From: an uncultured Spirochaetota bacterium
Lineage (GTDB): Bacteria; Spirochaetota; Brevinematia; Brevinematales; JAOACQ01
NCBI GenBank assembly: GCA_963835575.1
Contig: CAWIGG010000005.1
Coordinates: 422,561-486,560, forward strand
Reading direction: 5' to 3'
Length of the DNA stretch: 64,000 nt
A program made the position numbers and the translations under genes. Numbering within the stretch: the stretch's first letter is position 1; every line of letters begins with the position of its first letter. The notes beneath the pieces are model-generated. The model saw nothing but the letters and a program-made list of their open reading frames with translations. It did no database searches and was not told the origin of the DNA. Below are positions 61,134-64,000 of this stretch, one piece after another.

Positions 61134-61721
61134 ATGAGAATAGACAAAAACACTCTTTTAGATCAAATATCGGCTTGGAATAGTGTTGTTCCTGGTAAAA
61201 TAAGACTTATAGCATGTGGTGGTACTGCTATGACTCTTATTGGTGCTAAAGAATCTACAAAGGATATAGATTTAATGATCCCTGAAGAAAACGAATACAA
61301 AAAACTTATCAGTACATTAGAAAAAATTGGATATAAAAATGTAACCGGCAATGGATGGTCAAAAGACAATGAAGTTGTATTTGATATATATTGCGGAAAT
61401 AAAATCCATACAACAGAGTTAGTTCATAGTCCGCTAGAACCAGGACGAAGCTTAATGCTTAAAAAATATTCAAAAATTAGTATCGGAATATTGAACTATT
61501 ATGATCTGATAATCAGTAAACTATTTCGAGGAACCTCAATTGACTACGATGACTGTGAGTCTCTTGCCGAAAAGAAGAAAGATGAAATAGATTTCAATAG
61601 ACTTGAAAAAGAATTTATAGAAGTTGCCAAAGGTGATATTTCTGAAGAAAAAGTATTAAAACATTTCGATAAATTTAAAAAAACATTAAAACAAAGAGGA
61701 ATAACTAATAATGGATTCTGA
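61134..61721 (+). CDS. DUF6036/AbiEii-like nucleotidyltransferase
   Basis: CGGTAM....KESTKDID NTase signature, DLIISKL.R...D..D. Confidence 0.8.
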   Translation: MRIDKNTLLDQISAWNSVVPGKIRLIACGGTAMTLIGAKESTKDIDLMIPEENEYKKLISTLEKIGYKNVTGNGWSKDNEVVFDIYCGNKIHTTELVHSPLEPGRSLMLKKYSKISIGILNYYDLIISKLFRGTSIDYDDCESLAEKKKDEIDFNRLEKEFIEVAKGDISEEKVLKHFDKFKKTLKQRGITNNGF

Positions 61722-62313
61722 ATTAAAATCTAAACTTGAAAGAGCTGGTTATTCAATGTTTACTACAGAAGAAGAAAGCGAAGATATATCTTTGCTGATC
61801 GATGTCATAAACAGTAATGAACTCAGATTGTGGCATATGTTTCCGGCTATGATGGCTAATATTTATAAAACCAATAAATTCAATTTTAATGAATTGATCA
61901 ATCTTAAGAATGGCCCTGAATTACTACATTTCTCCTATGATGTCTACAATTCAGGTTATGAATCATCCGATCTATTCAAAGAATTAGGAGAATATCTCAA
62001 TAAATCAAATATCAACCATAATTATGATAACGATAAATTAAATATAGAGAGAGCAAGGGAATTATTTAAGCAATATTTCAGATCTGATTCAAAAAAGTCA
62101 AAAGAAATTTTATCAGTTGTAACCGATTATCAATTTGAATATGCGTTATCTGAAATATTCAGCCCAAAACAGAAGGATATTGTTTTAAAAAGATTCAGGG
62201 GAGAAAAGCTTACCAAGACAGAAAATGAATCCTATTCCAGGGTAATTAAGAAGAAGTTAATCGCTCTATCCAATTCTGATTTACACAACATGGCCATTTC
62301 ATTATTAAAATAA
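61711..62313 (+). CDS. Hypothetical partner protein with a C-terminal helical DNA-binding-like domain
   Basis: Overlaps the NTase stop; basic C-terminus FSPKQKDIVLKR..GEKLTKTE.E.YSRVIKKKL. Confidence 0.7.
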   Translation: MDSELKSKLERAGYSMFTTEEESEDISLLIDVINSNELRLWHMFPAMMANIYKTNKFNFNELINLKNGPELLHFSYDVYNSGYESSDLFKELGEYLNKSNINHNYDNDKLNIERARELFKQYFRSDSKKSKEILSVVTDYQFEYALSEIFSPKQKDIVLKRFRGEKLTKTENESYSRVIKKKLIALSNSDLHNMAISLLK

Positions 62314-62366
62314 TAATTAATCCATTCTTACTTTTAAATCATCCCTTTCTCATAATGTGAAATGAC

Positions 62367-62426
62367 AATAAAGTCGTATACTGGATAATAAAGTTGTATA
62401 CCGGACAAAAAAGTCATATACTGTCC
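62367..62426 (+). repeat. Three tandem imperfect 20-bp direct repeats
   Basis: AATAAAGTCGTATACTGGAT / AATAAAGTTGTATACCGGAC / AAAAAAGTCATATACTGTCC. Confidence 0.75.
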
Positions 62427-62565
62427 ATCTACAATAATTCACGATTTTGTATCTGATGATAAATAAATTCAATGATTTTAAAAATTTATCCGGTTTATTG
62501 CGATATTTTGATCTTTAAAATAAAATACTCAAATCATTATTCCGCTGGATAAAAAGGTTACAGTT

Positions 62566-64000
62566 ATGAGTGATGCAAACGAAATAAAAGAAAGCAAAAT
62601 ATTTCAGGGGATCTATCCTAAAGGCTTCATGCCTTACAGGATCAAATGGTTTGATCTTGTTATTGCTTCAATCATTACACTGATAGTTCTTATCGTTTAC
62701 ATAAGGACGATGGCGCCGGGTGTTATAGCCGGGGATAGCGGCGAGCTGACAACAGAGATATACCAAATGGGCGCCTGTCATCCTCCGGGATACCCGCTTT
62801 ACGGCATATTGGGCAAGGTCTTTACCTTTATTCCGCTGGGTGATGTCGCTCACCGCGTGAACCTTTATGTGGCTTTCAGCGGCGCTTTTGCCATTTTTAT
62901 GTTATATCTTGTTCTGGTTAAGCTGCTGGGTTTCAACCGGGACAAAGGTAAAATATCGCTTTCAGTTCATCTACCTGCCATCGCGTCAGCTTTCATTTTC
63001 GCTTTTTCCTATGATTTCTGGCAGCAATCCTCGGCGAGCGGAAAATTTTATTCCTTGAACGTGCTTTTGGTCGCGGCGATGCTTTTTGTCATGGTGCTCT
63101 GGTATGAAGAAATGATGTATTTCAGGAATGAGGTAAAAATCCATTTTGCGGAAAGAATGACTATCCTGCTCGGTTTCATCATGGGACTTTCTCTTACTGA
63201 TCATATGCTTCCTTTGTGGTTTATTGCCGCATTTTTCATTGTTATGCTGCCTTTTGCCATTTTTATTATTGTGCAGGACGGGACGAAGCAATTTAAAAAA
63301 GAGTTTGCCGCCAGAATTCCGGGGCTTATCATTCTTGGAATTCTGTTTATCACGAGCATTATTTTGCTCTATGTATATTTGTTTGCTATCAGGCTTATTT
63401 ATCCGCTCCATCTGCCTCTTATTCTGATCGGCATCTTTCTTGTGCCCGCTTATATTACTTTTTATACGGTACTTGTAAAAGTAAAAAAATCTTTTGGGAT
63501 CAGCACAGCCGGGGTCGTTTATGGAATATCCGTAGTAATTGGTATAGCGGCTTTTATAGCATTTTCAATTTTTGTAAATAATAATCAGATTGTCCCTCAA
63601 ACCAATCAATATTTATTCGGTTTCACTACGGTAGATAATACAGGGCTTCAGCAGGGAATGATGCAGCAAACACAAATCGACCCTATAATTATCATCCTCG
63701 CCGCGTTAGCCATTGTTGTTTTATTCTTCTTCGGGATTTTTGATTCTGTTATAAAAAAATCGGAAGTGAATTATGGGCTGGCGGATAAAATGATCGAAAT
63801 ACTGACATACAGCGGATGGATGTTTATTTTCGCGATGACACTTTACCTTTATCTTATGGTCAGGGCCGTGGCTCTCGCTCCTCTGCCGGATCCCAAGCCT
63901 TTAAGCTGGGGCGATACTCAGACGCTGGATATTCTTTTTAACCATATGTTCCGTAAACAATACGGAGGCGGCGGCGGTAATGAATATGTAAATTTGGGGA
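62566..64000 (+). CDS. DUF2723 / TMEM260-like GT-C membrane protein (runs off the window; absent from the ORF track)
   Basis: MSDANEIK...YIRTMAPGVIAGDSGEL.......GACHPPGYPLY signature, then multiple TM helices. Confidence 0.88.
   Translation, partial: MSDANEIKESKIFQGIYPKGFMPYRIKWFDLVIASIITLIVLIVYIRTMAPGVIAGDSGELTTEIYQMGACHPPGYPLYGILGKVFTFIPLGDVAHRVNLYVAFSGAFAIFMLYLVLVKLLGFNRDKGKISLSVHLPAIASAFIFAFSYDFWQQSSASGKFYSLNVLLVAAMLFVMVLWYEEMMYFRNEVKIHFAERMTILLGFIMGLSLTDHMLPLWFIAAFFIVMLPFAIFIIVQDGTKQFKKEFAARIPGLIILGILFITSIILLYVYLFAIRLIYPLHLPLILIGIFLVPAYITFYTVLVKVKKSFGISTAGVVYGISVVIGIAAFIAFSIFVNNNQIVPQTNQYLFGFTTVDNTGLQQGMMQQTQIDPIIIILAALAIVVLFFFGIFDSVIKKSEVNYGLADKMIEILTYSGWMFIFAMTLYLYLMVRAVALAPLPDPKPLSWGDTQTLDILFNHMFRKQYGGGGGNEYVNLG

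Noticed and set aside
62337..62351. AATCATCCCTTTCTC as attR copy of the tRNA 3' end
   Set aside because: Too short and mismatched to distinguish from chance
62367..62426. Possible mini CRISPR array
   Set aside because: The repeats are contiguous without spacers and no cas genes are present
62668..63427. Short ORFs 62668-62853, 62867-63058, 62986-63411 and 63224-63427
   Set aside because: Alternative frames of the real DUF2723 gene starting at 62566

Overview
A low-GC, chromosomal bacterial window, probably from a spirochaete (inferred from the lipoboxes, LacI-sensor fusion proteins and beta-barrel exports). Housekeeping genes (cinA, prmC, hisG, sua5, tsaD, alaA, aroE, rpiB, tyrA, aroF, hisS, argD, ilvD, tRNA-Ser) alternate with a large envelope/glycan-modification set: DUF5989-carbamoyltransferase-SxtJ operon, two SGNH paralogs, two GT-C transferases, DegT, GtrA, a DUF2723 gene missing from the ORF track, and OMPs/lipoproteins. 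Signalling genes include two LacI-sensor fusions, HD-GYP, PP2C and an RsbW-like kinase. Mobile DNA comprises an IS1182 right end, two distinct IS1380 elements (one splits a histidine kinase, 5-bp TSD AAAAT), a GxxExxY gene in inverted repeats, several palindromic miniature-element families, and an integrase islet at tRNA-Ser carrying a nucleotidyltransferase plus HTH pair. The most notable unannotated signals are: (1) a complete leader-peptide attenuator upstream of a degenerate metallo-beta-lactamase-fold gene; (2) the GxxExxY element and its empty relatives; (3) the islet with three phased operators; (4) a 31-aa membrane peptide that copies the His-x11-His helix of its neighbour; (5) Thr-Asn enrichment in exported proteins; (6) a chimeric SGNH/PAP2 deletion scar; (7) a 7-bp duplication frameshift. 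No CRISPR array or rRNA was seen. All calls are from motif recognition by eye; no database searches were run.
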